64,000 bases of DNA from Spirochaetia bacterium (GTDB taxonomy: Bacteria > Spirochaetota > Spirochaetia > SP-2023), in contig CBDDCK010000005.1 of NCBI GenBank assembly GCA_965225855.1, positions 1,216,001 through 1,280,000 of the forward strand, written 5' to 3'. The translations under genes were made by a program, and so were the position numbers. The notes below the pieces were generated by a model, which worked only from the letters and a program-made list of their open reading frames with translations, made no database searches and was not told the origin of the DNA. Positions 42,008 through 50,878 of the stretch are shown piece after piece (position 1 is the first letter of the stretch; every line of letters begins with the position of its first letter).

Positions 42008-42062
42008 ATAGAAAATTTAAAACAAGGCATAAAGGAGAAATAACCATCAAATTACCAATGGA

Positions 42063-42338
42063 TTGCCAAAAGGAGAGGCACGGCCAATAACCACAACGCC
42101 CGTGCCTTCCGAAAACCCGCCCGAGTTTGAAATCAGGCGAAACAAACATTTTGAAGCTGTGGACTTGCTCACTGGTGAGCTTGTACCGTTGCCTAAAAAT
42201 GTTGCGATACGTTGCCGCACCGCTTGGCTTATTATACGGGGCAACAACATTTTTGCCAAGGCCCGAACCCGCAAAGCTGCTTTTGATATTGCAGAACAAG
42301 CACTATATGAAGAATTGGGGGCTAAAAATAATGGGTAA
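42063..42338 (+). CDS. Hypothetical phage protein (start uncertain)
   Basis: ORF downstream of the promoter and of AAGGAG; overlaps the next gene start. Confidence 0.4.
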   Translation: MPKGEARPITTTPVPSENPPEFEIRRNKHFEAVDLLTGELVPLPKNVAIRCRTAWLIIRGNNIFAKARTRKAAFDIAEQALYEELGAKNNG

Positions 42339-42572
42339 ATATCATATTTTAGCACCTGTAGTTGTTGTGGCTCTATGGAACTTACTAGCGAAATGATTAT
42401 AGCCAAATATGCAGACCAAAGCCCCGCCTTTGTTTGTGAACAATGCGCAAACGAGCACAATATTCAAGCAGGAACAAAACCATTGCACAGCCTAGCAAAA
42501 CAAGGCGAACGTTTGCGCATTGGCATTCCTTGCGATCTTGCTACTGTTTTTGGGAGGTCAAAAAATGCCTAA
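42331..42572 (+). pseudogene. Small zinc-finger-like protein, frameshifted near its start
   Basis: ATG at 42331 is out of frame with TCSCCGS...VCEQCANEH (two CxxC-type motifs). Confidence 0.4.
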
Positions 42573-43362
42573 TTTCAAACCCGAATGGGCAGAGCTACTC
42601 AAAAAAGCGGTAGAAGAACCGGGAACGATTGCTAAAGGCTTTGCTTTATTTCATCGCTATTCTATTGGCAACCAAGTTTTAGTTATGGAACAGTGCTATA
42701 GTAAGGGTATCGCTCCTAGCCCGGTAGCTACTTATAAACAATGGAAAGAGCTGGGCCGCCAAGTCAAAAAAGGCGCAAAGGCGTTATATATGCAAGTACC
42801 TTGTTACTATAAAGCTAAGACAGACGCAGAAACCAAAGAAGAATTGCCACCGATTCTAAAAGGTTTTCGCTATCAAAAATTATGGTTTGTGTTATCCGAA
42901 ACCGAAGGGCTAGACTTTAAACCGGAAGAACAGCCGCTAAAGTGGAATAGTAAGCAAGTTATACAAGTTTTAGATATTCAAGAAGTCCCTTTTTCTATGG
43001 TCAATGGTAATGTTGGAGGCTATGCTTGTGGCCGTGAATTAGCCATAAATCCCATAGCCGAAGGCAAGGTAATGGTTCGGCTTCATGAAATGACCCATAT
43101 TGTCCTTGGGCATACTGAAAATTTTGCTATAAGCTCAATGATTTCAGAGCGCAGCAACCAAGAAGTAGAAGCCGAAAGCGTGGCTTTTATTTGTGGTAAT
43201 ATCTTAAACCTTCCTTGTATGTCCGACAGCCGGGGATATATCCAAAATTGGCTAAAAGAAGGCCAGATTAGCGATGTTATGGCCCAGCGGATTTTCGGAG
43301 CAGCAGACAAAATTTTGAAAGCTGGACAACAAAAGACAGAGCAGAGAGGTGACGCTGCATGA
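42565..43362 (+). CDS. ardC: ArdC-like ssDNA-binding antirestriction protein with a zincin (HExxH) domain
   Basis: FHRYSIGNQ, VATYKQWKELGRQVKKGAKA, LHEMTH, EVEAESVAF, YIQNW. GGAGG precedes the ATG at 42565. Confidence 0.85.
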   Translation: MPNFKPEWAELLKKAVEEPGTIAKGFALFHRYSIGNQVLVMEQCYSKGIAPSPVATYKQWKELGRQVKKGAKALYMQVPCYYKAKTDAETKEELPPILKGFRYQKLWFVLSETEGLDFKPEEQPLKWNSKQVIQVLDIQEVPFSMVNGNVGGYACGRELAINPIAEGKVMVRLHEMTHIVLGHTENFAISSMISERSNQEVEAESVAFICGNILNLPCMSDSRGYIQNWLKEGQISDVMAQRIFGAADKILKAGQQKTEQRGDAA

Positions 43363-43608
43363 TGCTTTCTTATTTTATGGGTGACCAACTTGACGAGCAA
43401 GCCTATGCAAATGCTTGAGGATAACTATGATAATGCTTTATTGGAAGCCGAAAGCAGAGGCATTGAAGAACCCCCGCTTTATAGTTTTAATGAATTTATT
43501 GAATTGATTAACTCTTGGGCAGAACAAACCCCACTTACAGAGGCGTTATGTTTTGTCGACAATTTGCTAGTTAATTTTGATTATTACGCTTTTCTGTTCC
43601 CAAGATAA
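43359..43608 (+). pseudogene. Small hypothetical protein, apparently frameshifted
   Basis: ATG overlapping the ardC stop gives a short frame ending near 43418; an acidic ORF continues in another frame to 43608. Confidence 0.35.
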
Positions 43609-43667
43609 AGCAGCATAAGGTAGGGCTTTATTTGTCCTGCCTTTCATAAAGCTATTTTTCAAAAAAT

Positions 43668-43757
43668 CGGGGCAAGCCCCGAACCCGTTTGTTGCCTTTC
43701 GGCTATGGGGTTTCACACCCCAAACCCCGTGGCAGGGAGTTTCCCTGCACCCTTTTT
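43668..43757. repeat. Cluster of GC-rich hairpins (REP/sso-like)
   Basis: CGGGGC-AA-GCCCCG, TGGGGT-TTCAC-ACCCCA and GCAGGGA-GTT-TCCCTGC, followed by a T run. Confidence 0.6.
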
Positions 43758-43864
43758 TATCAAATCTTGTGGCATCTTTCGCAGATATATTCTACTAGCA
43801 TTTGTTTCTCTATTTTTGCCAATACCTTCCCTTTAACCTCTAATAAAAATTATTGGAGGTTTTT

Positions 43865-44359
43865 ATGTTTAAGAAAAAACCACGCCTTACTTTAGGCGTT
43901 TTGCAGCGTTCTATCCGTTTTATTGATGGATTCCCCCGTTGGGGCTGCTTTGTTGCCTGTATTCTTACGGCTATTCAGCGCAGCTTAGGCCGTATTTTGC
44001 ACGCTCACGAAATTCAGCAATGGTATTGGCAATGCGTTGAAAAAGGATTCATCAAGCACAACGATTTACCCATCAAAAAAGGTTGCACTCAATGGTATCG
44101 CTGCTTTGTGGTCGATCGAGTGGCTGCTTTTAATTTGGCTATGCAGATGTTTGGCGGTAGACGCAGGGCTTTAGCCGTCGATCAACAACACCCGGCTAAT
44201 ATGCGTATTTATCGCTGGCGTACTCGGTTTGGGGTTCATTTTACTTATGGCAGCCCCCAGCGAAATCTACACGATCCCGATTCTAGGCTGAAACTATTCG
44301 GCCAAGACGGAGAGCGGGACATGCATGTTGCAGAACAGGATAGCGAGGCCGAACAATGA
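43865..44359 (+). CDS. DUF261-like papain-fold cysteine peptidase, putative endolysin
   Basis: RWGCFVAC...RCFVVD...VHFTY...HDPDS (Cys-His-Asp order); first gene of the lysis cassette; GGAGG RBS. Confidence 0.55.
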   Translation: MFKKKPRLTLGVLQRSIRFIDGFPRWGCFVACILTAIQRSLGRILHAHEIQQWYWQCVEKGFIKHNDLPIKKGCTQWYRCFVVDRVAAFNLAMQMFGGRRRALAVDQQHPANMRIYRWRTRFGVHFTYGSPQRNLHDPDSRLKLFGQDGERDMHVAEQDSEAEQ

Positions 44360-44619
44360 AAGAATTGTTTTCAGGAGCTAACGGCAGAATTTCTAGCAAG
44401 CGGGTTGGTGGCTTTTTGGGTTTGTTCCTAATGCTGGGTATTACCATTTTTGGCGTTATCCAAGACCCTGCCAGCTTTATTGAGGCCTTGCAAATTTGGG
44501 CTATGTTGGTTGGCGGATTGCTGGGGATTGGCGTTGCTGAAGGCCTAGTACAAAATCAAGTACAAAGCCATGCACAGAAACAAACACCTAAAGGAGAGCA
44601 ACAATATGATATGGCTTAG
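44356..44619 (+). CDS. Putative holin (2 TM)
   Basis: 87 aa; GRISSKR followed by two hydrophobic helices and a polar tail. Confidence 0.6.
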   Translation: MKELFSGANGRISSKRVGGFLGLFLMLGITIFGVIQDPASFIEALQIWAMLVGGLLGIGVAEGLVQNQVQSHAQKQTPKGEQQYDMA

Positions 44620-44872
44620 TTTATCCGCTATCACCTTAGGGTTGAGCGGGAGTTTGTGGCTTAGCGCAAAAATCCACAAAAGGCGTTACCAGCGAAAGCT
44701 AGATAAATGTCTGGCTCAAGTGCGCGGCGAGTATCAACGCCAAATTGCAAAAATGCAAGAAATTCAACAACACAAACAACAACAAACTAAAGCCGTGCAA
44801 TCGGCTAACAAACCCGAGGAGGTCAACCATGCGTTGGACAATGTATACAGCAGTTTTCATGCTGGCCGTTAG
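44606..44872 (+). CDS. Putative i-spanin (N-terminal TM plus coiled coil)
   Basis: MIWLSLSAITLGLSGSLWL followed by a Q/K-rich helix; overlaps the next lipoprotein gene. Confidence 0.55.
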   Translation: MIWLSLSAITLGLSGSLWLSAKIHKRRYQRKLDKCLAQVRGEYQRQIAKMQEIQQHKQQQTKAVQSANKPEEVNHALDNVYSSFHAGR

Positions 44873-45128
44873 CTTTGGGAGTCTTTTCAGTTGCCAGACA
44901 AATCCACAACCGGTCGCAAATTTGGAGGTATCTTGCCCGACTGTGGGTGAGCTTTCCAGTAAAGAGCAACGGCAACAATTGATTGCAGCTATAACCAAAG
45001 ATATGGCCAAACAACAGCAAGATAAACTTGTTTTATTGCTCAAGTTGTGGGCCCTTGATGTCAACGAGATTTTGGCTGCTTATCGCCAGTTAAAAATACT
45101 TGCAAGGTGTGAAGATGAACCAAAATAG
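44829..45128 (+). CDS. Putative o-spanin lipoprotein
   Basis: GAGGAGG RBS; signal MRWTMYTAVFMLAVSFGSLFS-C; start lies inside the i-spanin gene. Confidence 0.55.
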   Translation: MRWTMYTAVFMLAVSFGSLFSCQTNPQPVANLEVSCPTVGELSSKEQRQQLIAAITKDMAKQQQDKLVLLLKLWALDVNEILAAYRQLKILARCEDEPK

Positions 45129-45366
45129 TGAGGTTGTAGCCGAGTTGCGTGAAATTCGAGCCGAGCTAAAGCATATCAACCAGCGTTTTGACGAGGCCTT
45201 AGCTTACCAAGACAAGCTTGCCGAAATGCGCTTTAAGGCTTTAGAAACTAAACAAGAACAACAAAGCAGAATTATCGACAAAATGCGAAGCCGTATTTTA
45301 TCTTGGGGCGGAGCTTTTGCCGTTTTAATTGTGCTCTCTGGCTATGCTTTTCGGTTGCTAACATGA
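45115..45366 (+). CDS. Coiled-coil protein with a C-terminal TM (position of Mu gp25-like genes)
   Basis: Helical N-terminus and hydrophobic C-terminus; lies between lysis and terminase genes. Confidence 0.5.
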   Translation: MNQNSEVVAELREIRAELKHINQRFDEALAYQDKLAEMRFKALETKQEQQSRIIDKMRSRILSWGGAFAVLIVLSGYAFRLLT

Positions 45367-45899
45367 GTCAACGCAGCAGTTTGGATTTTCTGCCCAAAGA
45401 ATTGCAAGAATTGATACAGCGACTTTGGGGCGAAGGGGCTACGATTGATCAGCTTGCCCAGCTTTTGCGTTCTCAATTGGGAGACCAAGCACCCAGTCGC
45501 TCTAGTATAGGACGCTATGCCAAACGCTTAAAAGAACAACAAGAAGAGGCTGTCCAGCGCAACGCATATTTAGCCGAAGTGCTGAAAACCATGCCACCCG
45601 AAAGCCGAGACAATTTGACTGTGGTTGTCTCTGAAAGTCTAAAATGCAAGATTTTCCAGTTTATGCACGAGTTAGACCAGCAGCACGAATTGCGATTGGA
45701 CAAGCCGGACAAATACGCCAATTTGTTGTGTAGCTTGGGTAAGGCTTTGCAGTCTTATGAATTGGCTTTGAACAACAACCAGAAACGCCGGCACGAAGAA
45801 CGCAAGGCTTTGCTGGACGAAGTCAAAGCTAAGTTAGAAAAAGACAAGCGTATCAACACCCAAGCTCTAAATGAAAACATGGAGAAATTTTATGAATAA
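45363..45899 (+). CDS. Mu gp27-like (DUF3486) putative terminase small subunit
   Basis: RSSLDFLPKELQE...TIDQL...PSRSSIGRY; directly upstream of TerL. Confidence 0.8.
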   Translation: MSQRSSLDFLPKELQELIQRLWGEGATIDQLAQLLRSQLGDQAPSRSSIGRYAKRLKEQQEEAVQRNAYLAEVLKTMPPESRDNLTVVVSESLKCKIFQFMHELDQQHELRLDKPDKYANLLCSLGKALQSYELALNNNQKRRHEERKALLDEVKAKLEKDKRINTQALNENMEKFYE

Positions 45900-47193
45900 A
45901 GATAATGCCCTTGTTGCTCTATACGGCTACCAAAGAGCGTGGATGGAAGATCAAAGCCGTTTCAAAATTGGCATGTTTGCTAGGCAAACGGGCAAAACCT
46001 TTATTTGCACGCTAGAAATTGTGCGTGCTGTTATGGACGCCGAAGCAGCCCAAAAGCGTTGCAATTGGCTGATTGTTTCGGCATCGGAACGGCAAAGCAT
46101 TCATGCCTTGCGCATTGTTAAAAAGCATTTGCGGGCATTGGACGCCATCATGCAAGAAAATGGCAGTGCTTATTTGGAAGATCGAAATGAAAGCAAGCAC
46201 GAGATCGTTTTGCCCAATGGCAGCCGTATTACTTCCATTGCCGCCAATCCCGACACGATACGCGGTTATAGTTGCAATGTCTACGCCGATGAATTTGCCT
46301 TCCACGAAGACAGCGAGGAATTATGGCGGGCCTTGTTTCCGATTGTGAGCAATGGTTATCGCTTGTTGATTACTTCTACCCCCAACGGCAAAGGCAACCG
46401 CTTTTATCGTTTGTTTACCGAAAATGGCAACGGCTGGAGCAAACACAAAACCGACATTTACCAAGCGATTGAGCAAGGCTTGCCACGCAATGCCCAAAAA
46501 ATCCAGCAGCATTTAGCCGATCCCGAAGCATGGGCTCAAGAATACCAATTAGATTGGCTGGACGAGGCCACCAGTTGGTTGCCTTATCAATTGATCACCA
46601 CTTGCGAAACAAGCAAACTGGGTAATTACAACCAAAATTCTTGCTATGTCGGCATAGATATTGGCCGCCGGCACGATTTATTTGTGTTATGGGTTTTAGA
46701 AAAGCAGGGCGATGTGTTTTACCAGCGAGAATTGATTGCCCAGAAAAGCGCAAGTTTTGCCGTGCAAGAAAGTTTTCTGCGCGATGTAATCAAACGATAC
46801 CGACCCGTACGAGTTTGCATCGACCAAACCGGTATGGGCGAGCAGTTTACCGAACGGGCCAAAGAAAATTACGGCAGCTATACGGTGGAAGGGATTTTAT
46901 TCAATAATTCCACCAAGCTGGATTTAGCCAACGGTTTACGGCGCAATTTTGAAGAGCGCACGATCCGTATTGCAGAAGGCGACAAAGTTTTAAGAGACGA
47001 TTTGCACAGCCTAAAACGCACGACCACCCATGCGGGCAATGTGCGTTTTGTGGCCGACCGCAACGAAAATGGCCATGCCGACCGCGCCTGGGCCTTAGCC
47101 TTGGCATTGCATGCCGGGCAAACCGAGCACCAACCTTTTGAGTACGAAACGGTAGAAGCCAACGACTGGGATAATGGCATAAATTGGGATTAG
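45892..47193 (+). CDS. Terminase large subunit (Mu gp28-like)
   Basis: YQRAW, ARQTGKT, ADEFAFH, STPNGKGNRFY, GIDIGRRHD, IDQTGMG, GHADRAWALAL. Confidence 0.93.
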   Translation: MNKDNALVALYGYQRAWMEDQSRFKIGMFARQTGKTFICTLEIVRAVMDAEAAQKRCNWLIVSASERQSIHALRIVKKHLRALDAIMQENGSAYLEDRNESKHEIVLPNGSRITSIAANPDTIRGYSCNVYADEFAFHEDSEELWRALFPIVSNGYRLLITSTPNGKGNRFYRLFTENGNGWSKHKTDIYQAIEQGLPRNAQKIQQHLADPEAWAQEYQLDWLDEATSWLPYQLITTCETSKLGNYNQNSCYVGIDIGRRHDLFVLWVLEKQGDVFYQRELIAQKSASFAVQESFLRDVIKRYRPVRVCIDQTGMGEQFTERAKENYGSYTVEGILFNNSTKLDLANGLRRNFEERTIRIAEGDKVLRDDLHSLKRTTTHAGNVRFVADRNENGHADRAWALALALHAGQTEHQPFEYETVEANDWDNGINWD

Positions 47194-47229
47194 TAAAAAT
47201 CTAACCGGTTAGATTTTTGGAGATAGACT

Positions 47230-48813
47230 ATGAGCAAGAAGAAAGCGAAAAAACAACACAAAACCGAGCCGTTAGCGGTTAGCAACAAAGAGCAAGCGAT
47301 ATACACACCGCCCGGTGTCGATACCGTAGAGGCTATGAATAACGAAGAGATCAGCAAATCCCTTTCCCCTTCCAGGCTGGCTAATTTGGTCAACGAAAGC
47401 AAAAAGGGCAATGGCTTTTCTTTGGTTACTTTGGCTTTGGAAATGCGAGAAGAAGACGCCAGTTTTGGCGGAAACTTGAGAACACGCAAACTAGCAGTAT
47501 TAAACCAACCCCGCACTTTACAAGAAAGCGACAACGCCAAAGCTAATGAATTGATTGCTAAATTATTGAGCAAGCGATATTTTAATAAGCTGTTATATTG
47601 CTTATTGGAAGCTACCGAAGTCGGCTATGCGGTGCTGCGTTTGGTTTGGCAGACTAGCGAAAATGGCTATTGGTTGCCCGTTTCGGTGCATCGAGTAGAC
47701 CCGCGCAGAGTCGGTTTTGACCCCAATACCGAGCAATATTTTTGGCGCAACTTTGACGACCCCGAAGACCGCAAGAATATCATAGATGGCAGCGGCTTGG
47801 AATATATGGTTTATACCCCCGATGAAGTGCTAATGCCCAACAGGGGCGGTTTGGCACGGCTAGCAGCTTTTGCATTTATGGCTAAACGCTTTAGCCTAAA
47901 CGATTGGGTAAAGTTTCTTTCCAGCGTGGGTATGCCGTTGCGTGTGGGCAAGTATGAACCCAGTGCCCAAAGCGAAGAACGCCAGATATTAAAGCGGGCG
48001 TTACAAATGCTAGGCAGCGATAAGGCCGCCGCGATCCCCAAAAACACCGATATTGAATTTTTGGAAGCCAACAACAGCGAAGGCGCAACCTTTAAGTCTT
48101 TGCCCGAATACTTGGACAAGCAAATTGCGGTTGCGGTATTGGGGCAGACTTTGACCAGTGGCACCGAAGGCGGGGGCTGTTATGCGTTGGGGCAGGTGCA
48201 ACATGCGCTTGAATATTTTGCCTGCCGATTGCGTAAGCATTACCGCAGAATTGCAGGAGTTAGTCGAAAAGATTTGCAGTGTAAACTTTATTAGGGACAC
48301 AGCCCCGTATGTAAGCATAAAGACCAAGCTACAAAATTATTTACAAAAGTTAGCCGTAGTGGTAACTACTCATTATAGCAAGTTGGATCAAGGCCTTGAT
48401 CCAGCTTGGAAAGCTATATTATAGCAAGGGGGATCAATCCATTGATCCAATGCGGAAAGATATATTATAGCAATTACAAGGTAAACTCTTGGCAAATTGG
48501 TCGTCCAGATATTTGCCAACAATACGAATTGAATACAAAATTGAAAATCGGAACGCATTCCGTATTTAGTGATTCAGGCAACCAAGACTAGGAGCTAAAC
48601 CAGCTGAACGACAAGGCCCTAGAATACAATTACTAAACAACCAATAAATGATATATTGAAGGCGTTAAATTCTAGCAGAAACTTTAAGCAGTTTCAAAAC
48701 AAGATAGCCAAAATAGCCCTTTCAGAGCCCGATAAGGGGCTAGTGCAAGCATTGACCCTATAGCGGCTGCCAAAGGCGCATTGCTTGGCCAAAGAGATGG
48801 CGATCATGCCTAA
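47230..48813 (+). pseudogene. Portal protein (Mu gp29/DUF935), frameshifted and disrupted
   Basis: GMPLRVGKY, IPKNTDIEFLEA, AVLGQTLTS. Frame shifts near 48200 (continues RLNILPADCVSITAELQE); C-terminal fragments NDILKALNSSRNFKQFQNKIA and AKGALLGQRDGDHA* end at 48813. Confidence 0.8.
48372..48473. repeat. Imperfect 46-bp tandem repeat (2 copies plus a stub), each copy with a GGATCAA-N4-TTGATCC palindrome
   Basis: ATTATAGCAA begins at 48372, 48418 and 48464. Confidence 0.75.
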
Positions 48814-50160
48814 ATATTATCGCATTCAAGAGGTAGCCAAAAACGTGGGCGACTATATCCAAAACAAAGGCTTGAAAACTAGCCCCGAAAGAAAGTAATG
48901 GGTTGGCGCAATATATATGCCCGAGAGCACGCCACGGCCTTTACCGTGGCCAAGCTAAAAGATTTAAATTTGTTGGGCATGGTGCAAAAGGAAATACGCC
49001 ATAGCATAGAGCATGGCGACAAGTTTAGCGACTTTCAGAAGCGTATACAACCTAAACTGCAAAGGTGGCTGGATTCGGTGCGCCGGCAAGACCCCGATAA
49101 ACTCGAAGGCGCAGAATTAGAAAAATGGAGACAGCGCAAAGACCGCTACCGCTTGAGGCGGATTTTTGAAACCAACACCCGCCAAGCCTATGCCCAGCAC
49201 CACTACCAAAGGGGCATGGACAACAGCTTTAACACGCATCTTATTTATCGTATCGGGCCGAGTATTAACCACCGAGTCGATCATGTAATGTTAGATGCTA
49301 CGGTATTGCCCAAAGATCACTCGTTTTGGGATACACACTTTCCGCCCAATGGCTGGAATTGCAAATGCTATGTAAGATTTTTAAGCAAAGATGATGTAGC
49401 CAAAGCACGCAAACACGGGGTGGTAGATTTAGAGAGCACAGACCCGCGCACTGGCCACCATACACGCACCAAACCGATCAACGAAACTGCGCCAGTAATC
49501 CAATGGCGCAAGTTTGTGCGCAAGGACGGCCAAACAGTAAGAGTGCCCAGAAATATCGACCCGGGCTTTGAGTGGAATGCCGGGCAGATCAACCGCAATA
49601 CTTGGCTGAAAGATCAGGCCATTAGAAAAGCCCGAGCCCTAGAGTTGGTCACAAAAGAGTTGCAACAATTAGAGCAGTTGATCGTTAGCAATACCGCACA
49701 ACAAGCAGCTTATCAAAGTTTTATCACACAGCACCATATGCAAGAAAAAACAGGCAAAAGCAGTGTTTCTGTAGGGGTAATAAAAGAACAGGAAGCGAGT
49801 TATTTAGGCCGACAAAAACTAAAACTAAGTAGCCCGATTATAGAAGTTTCCAGCAAGCGGCTAACGATGAGCCCTAAGAATTTAAGGCATCAAAAAGCAG
49901 GCAATGATTTAAGCTTGCAAGAATGGCTAGAATTGCCCAAAATGCTAAAAAGTAAAAAAGTAGAAGTTTACTATGATAGCCAGCATCGCAATTTACTTTA
50001 TGTTTACCCAGCTAAAGACGGCAGGCTAATTAAGATTGTGGTTAGCCCCAATTATGTAGATAACGGCTTGATTATTAACTATGTAAATACTGTATTTAAA
50101 GTACCAAAGGCAAATATAGAAAGCGATACAAAAGCCAAGATACTGAAGAAAATACGATAG
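48806..50160 (+). CDS. MuF (gp30) minor head protein with a C-terminal PBECR-like (BECR fold) nuclease domain; frameshift near 48890, main ORF 48898-50160
   Basis: EHATAFTVAK, RLRRIFETNTRQAY, FWDTHFPPNGWNCKC, IDPGFEWNAG. C-terminal extension of about 150 aa with RHQKAGNDLSLQEWLELPKML...YYDSQHRNLLYV...IKIVV...VNTVFKV. Upstream frame MPKYY...KGLKTSPERK* is offset. Confidence 0.8.
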
Positions 50161-50236
50161 CGTGATAGGCACCTACTCTATCCTAACGCTCGAAAACGTG
50201 GTGGATCGGTGATTTTCCACTCCTCCGCTACCGTAT
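50152..50236 (-). ncRNA. Putative ~85-nt cloverleaf ncRNA convergent with the MuF-nuclease gene
   Basis: 11-bp closing stem, three internal hairpins (one with a UUCG loop), CACC/GGUG loop complementarity, and an upstream TTTCCA-17 bp-TACAAT promoter. Confidence 0.6.
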
Positions 50237-50240
50237 AGGT

Positions 50241-50269
50241 ATTGTATTAAAATTTCATAAATTTGGAAA
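50241..50269 (-). promoter_or_regulatory. Putative sigma70 promoter of the cloverleaf RNA
   Basis: Minus strand TTTCCA (50269-50264), 17 bp, TACAAT (50246-50241). Predicted +1 falls at the 5' end of the stem. Confidence 0.5.
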
Positions 50270-50433
50270 GTAAGAGACAAAAAAGGAAATAAAGCAGCGT
50301 ATGAAAGCACCTATGCCGTACAGGTAAAAGTCCTCTATATTGGTAATTTATCGTTGTTTCATGCCCACAGGCTAGCGCATGCGATGGGAACTACTCTGGG
50401 AAATAATTTAAAAAGTTTTAAACTAAAGACAAT

Positions 50434-50467
50434 AAAATAAAAGTCCCAGCCAAATATAGCTGGGGCT
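50434..50467 (-). terminator. Rho-independent terminator of the leftward cargo operon
   Basis: Minus strand AGCCCCAGCT...GGCTGGGACT followed by TTTATTTT. Confidence 0.6.
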
Positions 50468-50498
50468 ACAAAAGTATAATATCTACACAATAGATTCT

Positions 50499-50777
50499 TT
50501 AACAAGGAAACTTCAAATTCAAATATGATTTATGATTTTTAAGATTTTTAATTAAAATATCTACAACAGTTTTGTGGTCATCAAAATCACAATATGCGTT
50601 CATAGAAAGTGTAATATTAAGCAGATTTGTAATTACAACATTTTGTATATTTTTCGGAAGGCTAAACAGCGTAGTATGAAGTTTCTTCTGTTCTTCTGAA
50701 TATTCTGCGTTTTCCTTTTGAAATTTTTGCATTCCTTTTAAGAACTTTATTTGTTCCTCAATATAATCATCATCCAT
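50499..50777 (-). CDS. Hypothetical AT-rich cargo protein
   Basis: 92-aa ORF with a GAGG RBS. Confidence 0.55.
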   Translation of the reverse strand: MDDDYIEEQIKFLKGMQKFQKENAEYSEEQKKLHTTLFSLPKNIQNVVITNLLNITLSMNAYCDFDDHKTVVDILIKNLKNHKSYLNLKFPC

Positions 50778-50878
50778 TATACAAATACCTCTCTGGTTAA
50801 ATTACTAGAACCGTAAAAACAATTCTGCCAATAGTATACAGATTTTTATAAAAAATCATAAATAAAACCGCAATTTTT

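Noticed and set aside
48896..48900. Programmed frameshift or translational coupling at the MuF TAATG junction
   Set aside because: No clear slippery heptamer, and neighbouring genes carry several other indels, so decay or sequencing error is simpler.
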